Source: Longimicrobiales bacterium (GTDB taxonomy: Bacteria > Gemmatimonadota > Gemmatimonadetes > Longimicrobiales > Gaopeijiaceae). From it: 64,000 nt of DNA. Position numbers and translations under genes: made by a program. Positions 31,068 through 40,997 of this stretch are shown here, piece by piece (the first letter of the stretch is position 1; each line of letters starts with the position of its first letter). Below the pieces are notes generated by a model, which was not told the DNA's origin, ran no database searches, and saw nothing but the letters and a program-made list of their open reading frames with translations. The stretch lies in the NCBI GenBank assembly GCA_965249725.1, contig OZ252251.1:311209-375208 (forward strand), in the 5' to 3' direction.

Positions 31068-31985
31068 CTACCCTCGGCTCGGGTTGGGACGGGAGGAACG
31101 AAGGAGCTCGACGAAGCCCTCTTCGAGGTCCAGGTCTATGATCTCCCTGACTGTGGCTCCCACACCGTCGAAGTATTGCGTCATCGGATGTTGCCATCCT
31201 CGCACAATCCAAGTTTCTCCTGCCGCCAGGCCGTTACTCGAGCTGCGGGCAAGGAGGACGAACGGGGTGTCACCGGCTGTCGCGGGGGCGTCGGTCACAC
31301 GAATACGCTTGATGCCGTTCTTGAAGCTCTGCATAGGCAGCTCTGCCACGAGTTCTCCGTCGTCGAGCACGCCGACCCAATCGCAGATTCGCTCCAACTC
31401 ATGGACCAGGTGGCTCGAGATGAAGACCGTGGCTCCCGCCGTCGACACATAGTCCAGGACGGCCGTTAGAACCTCTCTCCGCACGACCGGATCGAGACCG
31501 TCCGTCGGCTCGTCCAGCACGAGCAAGTCCGGCTTCTGGGCGAGGGCTTGGACGATCAAGAGCTTGCCGGTCTCGCCCTTGGAGAGGCGCCCGATGCGTT
31601 GGTCGTGCTTCAGCCGCATGCGGCCGAGCAACTCATCGGCCCACGCCTGGTCGAACGTCTTGTAGAAGGCCGAGTGGTACCGGATCGACTCCTCCACCGT
31701 GAGAGCCTCGTAAAGGTGAGGGCTTTCCGGCACGTAGCCGACCTTCGCCAAAGCCCGCGGCGCATCCTTCGGAATCGCATAACCCAGGACCGAGATTTCT
31801 CCGCGGAGCGGCCGGTGCATTCCGGTGAACAACCGAATCGTCGTGGTCTTCCCTGACCCGTTGGGGCCCAGGAATCCGTAGATCGATCCGTACGGGACCT
31901 TCACGGTCAGGTTGCGGATCTCGAAGGACTCCCCGGCCTTGTAGCCGACGTCCCGCAGCTCGATGGCGTTACTCATTGGATCCAT
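31068..31985 (-). CDS. ABC transporter ATP-binding protein (ABC-2/NatA-like with C-terminal accessory domain)
   Basis: Walker A GFLGPNGSGKTTTIRL, variant signature LSKGETGKLLIVQAL, Walker B LLVLDEPTDGLD. Confidence 0.9.
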   Translation of the reverse strand: MDPMSNAIELRDVGYKAGESFEIRNLTVKVPYGSIYGFLGPNGSGKTTTIRLFTGMHRPLRGEISVLGYAIPKDAPRALAKVGYVPESPHLYEALTVEESIRYHSAFYKTFDQAWADELLGRMRLKHDQRIGRLSKGETGKLLIVQALAQKPDLLVLDEPTDGLDPVVRREVLTAVLDYVSTAGATVFISSHLVHELERICDWVGVLDDGELVAELPMQSFKNGIKRIRVTDAPATAGDTPFVLLARSSSNGLAAGETWIVRGWQHPMTQYFDGVGATVREIIDLDLEEGFVELLRSSRPNPSRG

Positions 31986-32352
31986 TGTGGAACTCGCTCG
32001 AGAGGGCCTGTCTCAGAATGTCACTGGAGATCCCCATTCGGGCCGCGTCGCTCATCAGATGTCGCACGAGCTTGCGGCCCTGCTCCTCCAACTCCTCGTC
32101 CCTGTACTTCACCGGCACTTCCTCGACGAACGTTCCGGCTCCGTGACGCATCGACACGAATCCTTCCGCCTCCAGGTCGCGGTACGCCTGTACCACGGTC
32201 GCCGGATTGACACGCAAGAGCGCAGCGAGTTGGCGTACCGAGGGCAGTGGTTCTCCCGGTTGGACTTCTTCCGAGGCCACGGCCAGGCGGATGCGCCCCG
32301 CTATCTGCTCGTAGAGCGGTGTGGGGCTCCGTGGGTCGATGTTATCGAACAT
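31969..32352 (-). CDS. GntR-family transcriptional regulator, short YtrA-like subfamily
   Basis: 127 aa from ATG 32352. wHTH LPSVRQLAALLRVNPATVVQAYRDLEAEGFV with only a short C-terminal region. Overlaps the ATPase gene start by 17 nt. Confidence 0.85.
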   Translation of the reverse strand: MFDNIDPRSPTPLYEQIAGRIRLAVASEEVQPGEPLPSVRQLAALLRVNPATVVQAYRDLEAEGFVSMRHGAGTFVEEVPVKYRDEELEEQGRKLVRHLMSDAARMGISSDILRQALSSEFHNGSNE

Positions 32353-32378
32353 TGAAGACGTTTCGACAGAAAGTGTAT

Positions 32379-32420
32379 TAGTGTACCAGCACACTATGAC
32401 ACATCACTATCAGTTGTCAA
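32379..32420 (-). promoter_or_regulatory. Candidate promoter plus inverted-repeat operator of the GntR/ABC operon
   Basis: Minus strand TTGACA (32420-32415), 18-nt spacer, TAGTGT (32396-32391). The -10 is one arm of the perfect inverted repeat TAGTGT-N6-ACACTA (32379-32396), 27 nt upstream of ATG 32352. Confidence 0.4.
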
Positions 32421-32443
32421 GCATGATGTTCTAGGCGTAATCT
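32414..32443 (+). promoter_or_regulatory. Candidate divergent promoter for the EVE gene
   Basis: TTGTCA (32414-32419), 18-nt spacer, TAATCT (32438-32443). Its -35 overlaps the -35 of the opposite-strand promoter. Confidence 0.25.
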
Positions 32444-32533
32444 CCGAGCCCGTAGATCGGGGGAGCCGCTCGGGAATCACCGAGCAGGCCAAGGAGACCC
32501 CTCCCCGCATCCCAACCCGAGCGAAGAGTGACC

Positions 32534-32992
32534 ATGCCCAAATCCTACTGGCTCATGAAGAGCGAGCCTCACGTCTACTCGATCGACGACCTCAAGAAGG
32601 ACAAGACGACCTATTGGGAGGGCGTGCGGAACTATCAGGCCCGCAATCACATGATGGCGATGAAGAAGGGTGACGACGTGCTCTACTACCACAGCCAGCA
32701 GACGCCTCCGGGTGTGGTGGGAGTAGCCCGCGTGATCAAGGAGGCTTACCCGGACTTCACCCAATTCGACAAGAAAAACCACTACTACGACGCCAAGTCC
32801 AACGAAGAGAAACCGCGCTGGTGGATGGTAAACGTACGGTTCGTGAAGAAGCTGAAGTCGGAGGTGTCCCTTCACGACATCAAGGCCGTGAAGGCGCTCT
32901 CCGACATGGTCCTGGTGAACAACTCCAGGCTCTCGGTCCAACCGGTCCGGAAGAAGGAGTTCGACGCCATCCTGAAGATGGGCGGGGGTTGA
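32534..32992 (+). CDS. EVE (PUA-like, DUF55/THYN1-type) domain protein
   Basis: 152 aa. MPKSYWLMKSEPHVYSIDDL...WEGVRNYQARNHM...VLYYHS, typical of stand-alone EVE proteins. Confidence 0.85.
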   Translation: MPKSYWLMKSEPHVYSIDDLKKDKTTYWEGVRNYQARNHMMAMKKGDDVLYYHSQQTPPGVVGVARVIKEAYPDFTQFDKKNHYYDAKSNEEKPRWWMVNVRFVKKLKSEVSLHDIKAVKALSDMVLVNNSRLSVQPVRKKEFDAILKMGGG

Positions 32993-33074
32993 AGGCGCAA
33001 ATAGCTCGCAGGAACGACCCTCAGACCCTTAGATTGCCGTCTCGAATGATCTCGTTGAATGGAGGAGTGCCGTG

Positions 33075-33980
33075 ATGGTCGATGTCAGATTCCAACTTCG
33101 CGCTGGTGCAGTCGCAGGACTGCTGGTATTGGCGCTCACGCCCGTGCCGGTGGCTGCCCAGGGCATCCCCGACGAGTTCACCAACCTCGAGCTGCTGCCG
33201 GACGACATCAGTCGGCGCGAGATCACCAGTGTCATGCGGGGCTTCACCCGGGCGCTCGACGTGCGGTGCTCCTATTGCCACATGGTCTCTGACGACCTTG
33301 AGTCGGCCGACGACGACTTCGCCTCGGACGACAAGGAGACGAAGGTGGCTGCCCGCCTCATGATGACCATGGTCGCAGCCATCAACGGCGATCACCTGCA
33401 CGAGCTTCCCCACGAGCATGCGCCCGCCGCGGCGGAGCATGACGAGGGAGCCGAAGAGCATGAGCACGCAGAGCCCGAACCTGCGGAGCATGAGCACGAA
33501 GAGGGTGTCGAGGAGCATGAGGACGAGGCGGCCGAACCCGTCGCGACGGCATCGGCAGCTGCGCAACATCGGGAGGTAAGCTGCGCCACCTGCCACTCGG
33601 GGATGACGCGACCTGCTACACTCGTGCAGGAACTCACCTGGGCGGAGCAGGACGGGGGCCTCGATGCCCTGCAGGCGCGGTACAACGAGTTGCGTGACGA
33701 GTACTTCGGCCGTGGCGCGTACGACTTCGGTGCGCGGTCCTTGGTGGACGTGGCTCAGGCCTTGGTCCGGGACGACGCCGACGCGGCCATGACGGTCGTG
33801 GACCTGAATCTCCAGCACCATCCGGAGTCGGTACCGACCTGGAACCTCAAGGGGCAGATCCACGCCTTCGAGGACCGGACGGATCAGGCGATCGAGGCGT
33901 ACGAGAAATCCCTCCAGATCGCACCGAACGATGAGCAGGCGACCGAGGCTCTAGAGCGACTCCGGAGCGGAGGCCCCTAG
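33075..33980 (+). CDS. Secreted c-type cytochrome (PRC-cytochrome-like domain) with His/Glu-rich insert and TPR-like C-terminal extension
   Basis: GGAGGAG RBS 7 nt before ATG 33075. Signal peptide. Two CxxCH motifs (CSYCH, CATCH). Insert HELPHEHAPAAAEHDEGAEEHEHAEPEPAEHEHEEGVEEHEDE. Confidence 0.7.
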   Translation: MVDVRFQLRAGAVAGLLVLALTPVPVAAQGIPDEFTNLELLPDDISRREITSVMRGFTRALDVRCSYCHMVSDDLESADDDFASDDKETKVAARLMMTMVAAINGDHLHELPHEHAPAAAEHDEGAEEHEHAEPEPAEHEHEEGVEEHEDEAAEPVATASAAAQHREVSCATCHSGMTRPATLVQELTWAEQDGGLDALQARYNELRDEYFGRGAYDFGARSLVDVAQALVRDDADAAMTVVDLNLQHHPESVPTWNLKGQIHAFEDRTDQAIEAYEKSLQIAPNDEQATEALERLRSGGP

Positions 33981-34096
33981 GCCACCGGCTTTTGTGAGGA
34001 GGCGTCCCCGAGGGAGGGGGCGCCTCCATCCACTCCCAACCACTGGGATTGACACACCCCACGGGAGTCCGCCCCCCCTGGAAGGCGACCACCATC

Positions 34097-35632
<1,536 letters not shown>

Positions 35633-35693
35633 TCGGCAGCCGTCTTGATCGGATGGGGGCTCCGCGGCCCCACGCCACAACCATGGAGGTAGG

Positions 35694-37016
35694 ATGGAGA
35701 CCAGCGGAGCGGAAACGATGTTGAAGAGCCAGGCCGTCATGGCGGGGCAGAAGGAGTACATCTTCCCAGCCGTGAAGCCTCTATACGACGATCCGGTCGT
35801 GTTGGCAGAGGGCGACGGCGTGAGAGTGCGGGATGTAGACGGTGAGGAGTATCTCGACCTGTTCAGCGGCATCCTCACGACCTCGGTGGGGCACTGCAAT
35901 CCGAAGGTCGTGACCCGCTCCCAGGAGCAGATGGCTCGCCTCGGCCATACGTCGACGCTCTACGTGACCGAGCCCCAAGTAGAGGCCGCCCGGAGGCTGG
36001 CCGACATCGCGCCGGGTCAGCTGAGCCAGACCTTCTTCACGAACTCGGGCACCGAGGCCATCGAGACGGCCATCCACATGGCCTGCCTGCATACGGGCCG
36101 GACCGAGATCATCGCTCTGAGGCAGGCTTACCACGGCCGCAGCTTCCTCGCCACCAACATTACGGCGGTGAGCGTGTGGCGGCCCATGGCCACCACGTTC
36201 CCGGGCATCAAACACACGCTGACCCCCTACCCTTACCGGTGCCCGTTCAAGCAGCCGTGCGACGAGAGCTGTACGGACGCCTTCGTGAACGATCTCGAGG
36301 ACGTCATCCGGACGACGACCAACGGCCGGCCGGCCGCGTTCATCGCGGAGTCCATCATGGGTGTGGGCGGGTACATCATGCCGCCCCCTGGATATTTCGA
36401 GCGGGCCGCCGAGATCATCCGGTCGCATGGCGGGCTCTTCATCTCGGATGAGGTGCAGTCCGGCTTTGGCCGATCCGGTGACCGCTGGTTCGCCATCGAG
36501 CACGCATCAGTAGAGCCCGACATCATGGTCATGGCGAAGGGCATCGCAAACGGAGCGCCGGTAGGCGCCACGATCACACGTCCGGACATCGCCGCGTCGT
36601 GGGAAGCAAAGACGATCTCCACGTTCGGAGGCAGCCCGGTATCCATGGCCGCCACCGCAGCCACGCTTGAGGTCATGGTGGAGGAGGACGTGCCTCAGCG
36701 CGCCGCGGAGCGTGGAGCACAGCTATACGCCGGGCTCATGGAGCTTTACGCGCGCTTCCGGTGGATCGGCGACGTTCGCGGGATGGGCCTGATGCAGGCG
36801 ATGGAGTTGGTTGAGGACCCGGACACAAAGGAGCCGTCTCCCCAGAAGACGAAGGCGCTGCTGGAGGCCGCCAAAGCGGAGGGTCTGCTCATCGGCGTCG
36901 GAGGCCTGCATGGCCACGTCATCCGCATCGGGCCGTCCTTGCTGATCACCGAGGCCGAGATGGCCGAGGGGCTGGAGCGCCTGGAGCGGGCCTGTCACCG
37001 GGTCGAGGGCGCTTAG
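35694..37016 (+). CDS. Class-III PLP-dependent aminotransferase (omega-amino acid/beta-alanine-pyruvate type)
   Basis: FISDEVQSGFGRSG and PLP-lysine MVMAKGIANG. GGAGGTAGG RBS. Confidence 0.9.
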   Translation: METSGAETMLKSQAVMAGQKEYIFPAVKPLYDDPVVLAEGDGVRVRDVDGEEYLDLFSGILTTSVGHCNPKVVTRSQEQMARLGHTSTLYVTEPQVEAARRLADIAPGQLSQTFFTNSGTEAIETAIHMACLHTGRTEIIALRQAYHGRSFLATNITAVSVWRPMATTFPGIKHTLTPYPYRCPFKQPCDESCTDAFVNDLEDVIRTTTNGRPAAFIAESIMGVGGYIMPPPGYFERAAEIIRSHGGLFISDEVQSGFGRSGDRWFAIEHASVEPDIMVMAKGIANGAPVGATITRPDIAASWEAKTISTFGGSPVSMAATAATLEVMVEEDVPQRAAERGAQLYAGLMELYARFRWIGDVRGMGLMQAMELVEDPDTKEPSPQKTKALLEAAKAEGLLIGVGGLHGHVIRIGPSLLITEAEMAEGLERLERACHRVEGA

Positions 37017-37040
37017 TGTCGGCACGCGGATGCTGAGTAC

Positions 37041-38516
37041 GTGACCGTCATCATCGCGGTACTCGTCGTCTACCTGCTCGTCCTCCTGGCCCTCGGGGCG
37101 TGGGGGAGCCGGTCGTCGGGGAGTGTCGCCGGGTACTACGTAGCCGAGAAGCAGCTTCCCTCCTGGGTCATCGCCTTCAGCTCTACGTCCACGGGTGAGA
37201 GTGCCTGGCTGCTGCTGGGGCTCACGGGCATGGGGTACGCCGTCGGGTTCCACGCCTTCTGGGTCGTACTCGGCGAGTTCCTCGGTGTCCTCATCGCATG
37301 GAAGTACGTGGCCCGGCCGTTCAAGGAATACACCGACCGGTACCACTCCATCACGGTTCCGGACTACCTGGAGTCCCGGTTCCACGATGTCGGCCATGTC
37401 ATGCGAGTGATCAGCATGGTCATCATCGTGAGCATGGTCACGGCGTATACCGCGGCTCAACTCACGGCCTCGGGCAAGGCCTTCGGGTCGTTCCTGGGCA
37501 CCAGCTATTCGATGGGCGTCTGGATCGGGGCCGCGGTCATCCTCTACTACACGTCTGTGGGTGGCTTCAAGGCGGTGGCCTACAGCGACCTTCTCCAGGG
37601 CGTCCTGATGCTCATCTGCCTGGCCGTACTCCCGATCGTGGGCATCGCGGCGGTGGGCGGTTGGCCACAGATGATCGCGGGCCTGCGTGCGGAAGATGCA
37701 AACCTCCTGGGCCTCATGGGGGCAAACGGTCTGAGCGTTCGTGGCTTCGCCGACGTGGCCGGGTTCATCGCGATCGGCCTGGCCTTCATGGGAGCGCCTC
37801 AGCTTCTCACGCGCTTCATTGCCGCTCGGAGTCATCGAGACATCGTCCACGGCGGGAGGATCGCCGTGTTCGTGATCCTGATCTTCGACATCGGGGCGGT
37901 TCTGGGGGGGATGGCCGGCCGGGTGCTGTTCCCGGGGCTCCTGGATCAAGAGACGATCCTTCCCGTGATGAGCAGCGAGCTGTTCCCGGCGCTGTTCACC
38001 GGGATCTTCCTGGTGGTGGTCCTCGCCGCCATCATGTCTACGGTGGACTCTCTGCTGATTCTCGCGTCTTCGGCGGTCGTGCGGGATATCATTCAACAGA
38101 TCTTCCACCCCGACGTCACGGAACGGCAGCTCTCCCTCTACGGGAAGGGAGTCACGGTGGTCATCGGAGCGGTGGCGCTCGCGGCGGCGCTCACCGAGGC
38201 CCGCGCGATCTTCTGGTTCATACTCTTCGCTTGGTCGGGTCTGGCGAGCGCGTTCACACCGGTGGTTCTGTCTTCTCTGTTCTGGAAGAGGACGACACGT
38301 GCAGGTGCCATCGCGGGCATGGTGGGGGGCTTCTTGGCTGCGGTGCTCTGGGTTCTGTTGTTCAAGGAGCGGTTCTACGAGCTGTACGAGATGATCCCCG
38401 GCTTCGTGGTGGGATTCGCCTTGACGATCGGGGTCAGCCTCTCCACGTCGGCCCCAGAAGACGCCGCTGAACAGATGGATGCCGTTCGGGATGCGGTTCG
38501 GGTGCCTACCTCGTAG
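37041..38516 (+). CDS. Sodium:solute symporter family transporter (PutP/PanF-like)
   Basis: 491 aa, ~13 hydrophobic spans. SSS motif region GGFKAVAYSDLLQG. GTG start. Confidence 0.85.
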   Translation: MTVIIAVLVVYLLVLLALGAWGSRSSGSVAGYYVAEKQLPSWVIAFSSTSTGESAWLLLGLTGMGYAVGFHAFWVVLGEFLGVLIAWKYVARPFKEYTDRYHSITVPDYLESRFHDVGHVMRVISMVIIVSMVTAYTAAQLTASGKAFGSFLGTSYSMGVWIGAAVILYYTSVGGFKAVAYSDLLQGVLMLICLAVLPIVGIAAVGGWPQMIAGLRAEDANLLGLMGANGLSVRGFADVAGFIAIGLAFMGAPQLLTRFIAARSHRDIVHGGRIAVFVILIFDIGAVLGGMAGRVLFPGLLDQETILPVMSSELFPALFTGIFLVVVLAAIMSTVDSLLILASSAVVRDIIQQIFHPDVTERQLSLYGKGVTVVIGAVALAAALTEARAIFWFILFAWSGLASAFTPVVLSSLFWKRTTRAGAIAGMVGGFLAAVLWVLLFKERFYELYEMIPGFVVGFALTIGVSLSTSAPEDAAEQMDAVRDAVRVPTS

Positions 38517-38574
38517 AGGCACCTGCCTCGACCTAGAGGTGCCTACCTCGTAGAGGCACCTGCCTCTGCCTAGA
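38501..38574. repeat. Two tandem 37-bp units (2 mismatches) that include the transporter stop codon
   Basis: GGTGCCTACCTCGTAGAGGCACCTGCCTC is identical at 38501-38529 and 38538-38566. Contains alternating complementary octamers AGGCACCT / AGGTGCCT able to form alternative hairpins. Confidence 0.85.
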
Positions 38575-38596
38575 GGCCTGACGATTACTGCGGCTC

Positions 38597-39784
38597 CTAG
38601 CTAGCGGCTCCTCCACCCAGCAGATCTTCGATTTCGGCCGGACCGTATCCGAGCTCTGTCAGGACCTCACGCGTGTACTCTCCCGCCCGAGGGGGCGTAC
38701 TCCGCGTCGCGGGGCGCTCATCGTCCCAGCGAACGGGCATCGCCACGTCTCGATAGTCCGTGAGTTCCGGATGATCGACTTCGGGGAGCATACCGGACGC
38801 GTCGACCTGCGCATCCTCGGTGACCGCTTTCATGTCCTGAATCGGAGCGGCGGGGACGGAGTGCTGCCCCATGAGTTCCCAGAGCTCCAGGGTGGAATGC
38901 CTTCGCGTCGCCTCGGCGAGCAGTTCATCGAGCGCGTCGCGCCCTGCAACCCGGGCCGGATTCGTCTCGAAGCGTGGGTCACGCGCGACTTCCGGAAGCT
39001 CGAGCGCCTCACACAGCCTGTCGAAGAGAACGTCGTTCCCCGCGGCGATCATCAATTGCCCGTCACTCGTGGGGAACGCGCCGTAGGGCGCGATCATTCC
39101 GAAGCGAGACCCCATGGGGCCGGGCACGGTGCCGTCGGCCAGGTATCCCATGAGGTGATACGAGACCCAACCGAGGGCCGTATCGAGCAACGCCGTCGTC
39201 ACGTGGCAGCCCTCCCCCGTCTCGCTGCGCTTGTGCAAAGCCGACAGGACGCCCACCGCTCCCCACATGCCCGTGCCGTAGTCCACGACCGAACCCCCTA
39301 TGCGTGCCGGACCGGTTTCAGGGTGACCGGTGACGGACATGATGCCGCTGTACGCCTGCATGAGCGGGTCGTATCCGGGCAGGTCCTTGAGGGGCCCGTT
39401 CGGCCCGTAGGCGGTCACGGACACGTAGATGATCCCGGGTCGCCTCGCTTTCACGGACTCGTAGTCCAGACCGAGCTTCTCGACGACACCGCCTCGGAGG
39501 GACTGCACGAACACGTCGGCCTGCTCGATGAGCCTCCACGCTACCTCCCGTCCGGCGTCGCTTTTCAGATCCAGACGAATACTCCGCTTGTTGCGGTTGG
39601 CGCTCAGGAACAGCGGACTCTCACCGCCCCAGAACGGTGGACCCCAGGCTCTGGCGGAGTCTCCGTTGGGAGGCTCGATCTTCACGACCTCCGCTCCGAG
39701 GTCGCCGAGGATCTGCGTGCAGTACGGGCCCGCGAGATTCTGCGTGAGATCCACGACTCGAAGGCCCACGAGATGATCGGTCAC
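38597..39784 (-). CDS. Family III CoA-transferase (CaiB/BaiF-like)
   Basis: LRVVDLTQNLAGPYCTQILGDLGAEVVKIEPP. GTG 39784 overlaps the upstream stop (GTGA). Confidence 0.85.
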   Translation of the reverse strand: MTDHLVGLRVVDLTQNLAGPYCTQILGDLGAEVVKIEPPNGDSARAWGPPFWGGESPLFLSANRNKRSIRLDLKSDAGREVAWRLIEQADVFVQSLRGGVVEKLGLDYESVKARRPGIIYVSVTAYGPNGPLKDLPGYDPLMQAYSGIMSVTGHPETGPARIGGSVVDYGTGMWGAVGVLSALHKRSETGEGCHVTTALLDTALGWVSYHLMGYLADGTVPGPMGSRFGMIAPYGAFPTSDGQLMIAAGNDVLFDRLCEALELPEVARDPRFETNPARVAGRDALDELLAEATRRHSTLELWELMGQHSVPAAPIQDMKAVTEDAQVDASGMLPEVDHPELTDYRDVAMPVRWDDERPATRSTPPRAGEYTREVLTELGYGPAEIEDLLGGGAAS

Positions 39785-40962
39785 GCCGGCACGCTTCGTT
39801 TGCTTCGGCGGCGCCGACGAATGGATCCATGCTCGAGCCACTGCTTGGGGGTGGCGGTCCGCTTCATCTCTTTCGGTCGGAGTTCGAACCAGCGCGCCAC
39901 CAACAGGATCTCCGCCGCATCGTGTGGTCGCAGCGCCGCGGGACCGCGATCGGCGCTCCGGTAGATCTCCTCCACGGCCTTCGACACACGGATGCGATCC
40001 CGCGCGGACTTGGGATACACGTAATCGCGCTGAATGCGGCCCCGGCGGATCAGATAGAGGCGATCGTCCCCCGCGAAGCCCGTCACTCTATAGAGGAACG
40101 TCAGGCTCTCCACACGTCCTCGGAACGCGGCCAGTCGGTCTTGGAAGGCCTGGAGCCGTTCGATGCGATCCCGGAGGACTCCCGCATACTCGAAGTCGAG
40201 GCGGTCCACGGCCTCTTCCATGCGACGTTCGAGACCGACCAAGGGCTCTCGGGTCCGACCCTCGAGGAACCGGCGTACCACGTCGACCTGCCTCTGATAG
40301 GCGTCTCCGGTACTACCACCGCAACACGGAGCGAGACACGTGCCCAACTCCGCTCTCATGCACAACGGAGTGCGTCTGCCCTTGAAGATCTCCAGTTGGT
40401 CGTCGAAGAACACCGGGGTGGGCCCGGGGCAGTCCCTCAACCCCACGGCGTGCGCGAGTTCACGCACCGTGCTCCCCACCTGTCCCACGGCCGGAAACGG
40501 CCCGAAGTAGATGGATCCGTCCGCGATGACCCTGGTCACGGGTAGGACGCGAGGGGCCAACTCGCGGGTCAGCTTCACGAACGCATACGCACGTTTGCGT
40601 TTGTGCTGGACGTTGAAGCGGGGTTGCCACCGCTGAATGAGCTTCATCTCCCGTACCAGGGCCGAGAACTCGTTGGGGATGTACTCCCACCGGATCCGGC
40701 CGGTCTCGCGGATCAGATTGGCGGCCTTGTCGCCCGCCGGTGCCCGAAAGTAGGAGAGCAGGCGGGTCCTGACCCGGACCGACTTTCCCACATAAAGGGG
40801 GTGCCCATCGACGCCGAGCATCTGGTAGACGCCCGGTCGGTTTTCGGCGTGGGTGCGTACGTGTTCGCGGAGGGCGGAGGTCGGCACGCTTATGGGTGTC
40901 GGAGTCACAGGACTTTCGCTTTTCGTTCGGTAAGTATAAAGGGCGCTGTCCCAAAGAGCCAT
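39781..40962 (-). CDS. UvrC-homolog (Cho-like) GIY-YIG excinuclease: N-terminal half of UvrC only
   Basis: GIY-YIG RPGVYQMLGVDGHPLYVGKSVRVRTRLLSYF and EFSALVREMKLIQRWQPRFN. UVR-like FEYAGVLRDRIERLQ. 393 aa, with no RNase H-like or HhH C-terminal region visible. Confidence 0.7.
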   Translation of the reverse strand: MALWDSALYTYRTKSESPVTPTPISVPTSALREHVRTHAENRPGVYQMLGVDGHPLYVGKSVRVRTRLLSYFRAPAGDKAANLIRETGRIRWEYIPNEFSALVREMKLIQRWQPRFNVQHKRKRAYAFVKLTRELAPRVLPVTRVIADGSIYFGPFPAVGQVGSTVRELAHAVGLRDCPGPTPVFFDDQLEIFKGRRTPLCMRAELGTCLAPCCGGSTGDAYQRQVDVVRRFLEGRTREPLVGLERRMEEAVDRLDFEYAGVLRDRIERLQAFQDRLAAFRGRVESLTFLYRVTGFAGDDRLYLIRRGRIQRDYVYPKSARDRIRVSKAVEEIYRSADRGPAALRPHDAAEILLVARWFELRPKEMKRTATPKQWLEHGSIRRRRRSKRSVPA

Positions 40963-40997
40963 TGCTCCGCGAGGCGCAGAACCGCTAACGTCCGCCC

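Noticed and set aside
33400-33545. Repetitive GAGCATGAGCACG-type DNA in the cytochrome gene as a possible repeat array
   Set aside because: It is simply the coding sequence of the His/Glu-rich insert (EHEH repeats). It is in frame and irregularly spaced, so it is not a CRISPR-like or intergenic repeat.
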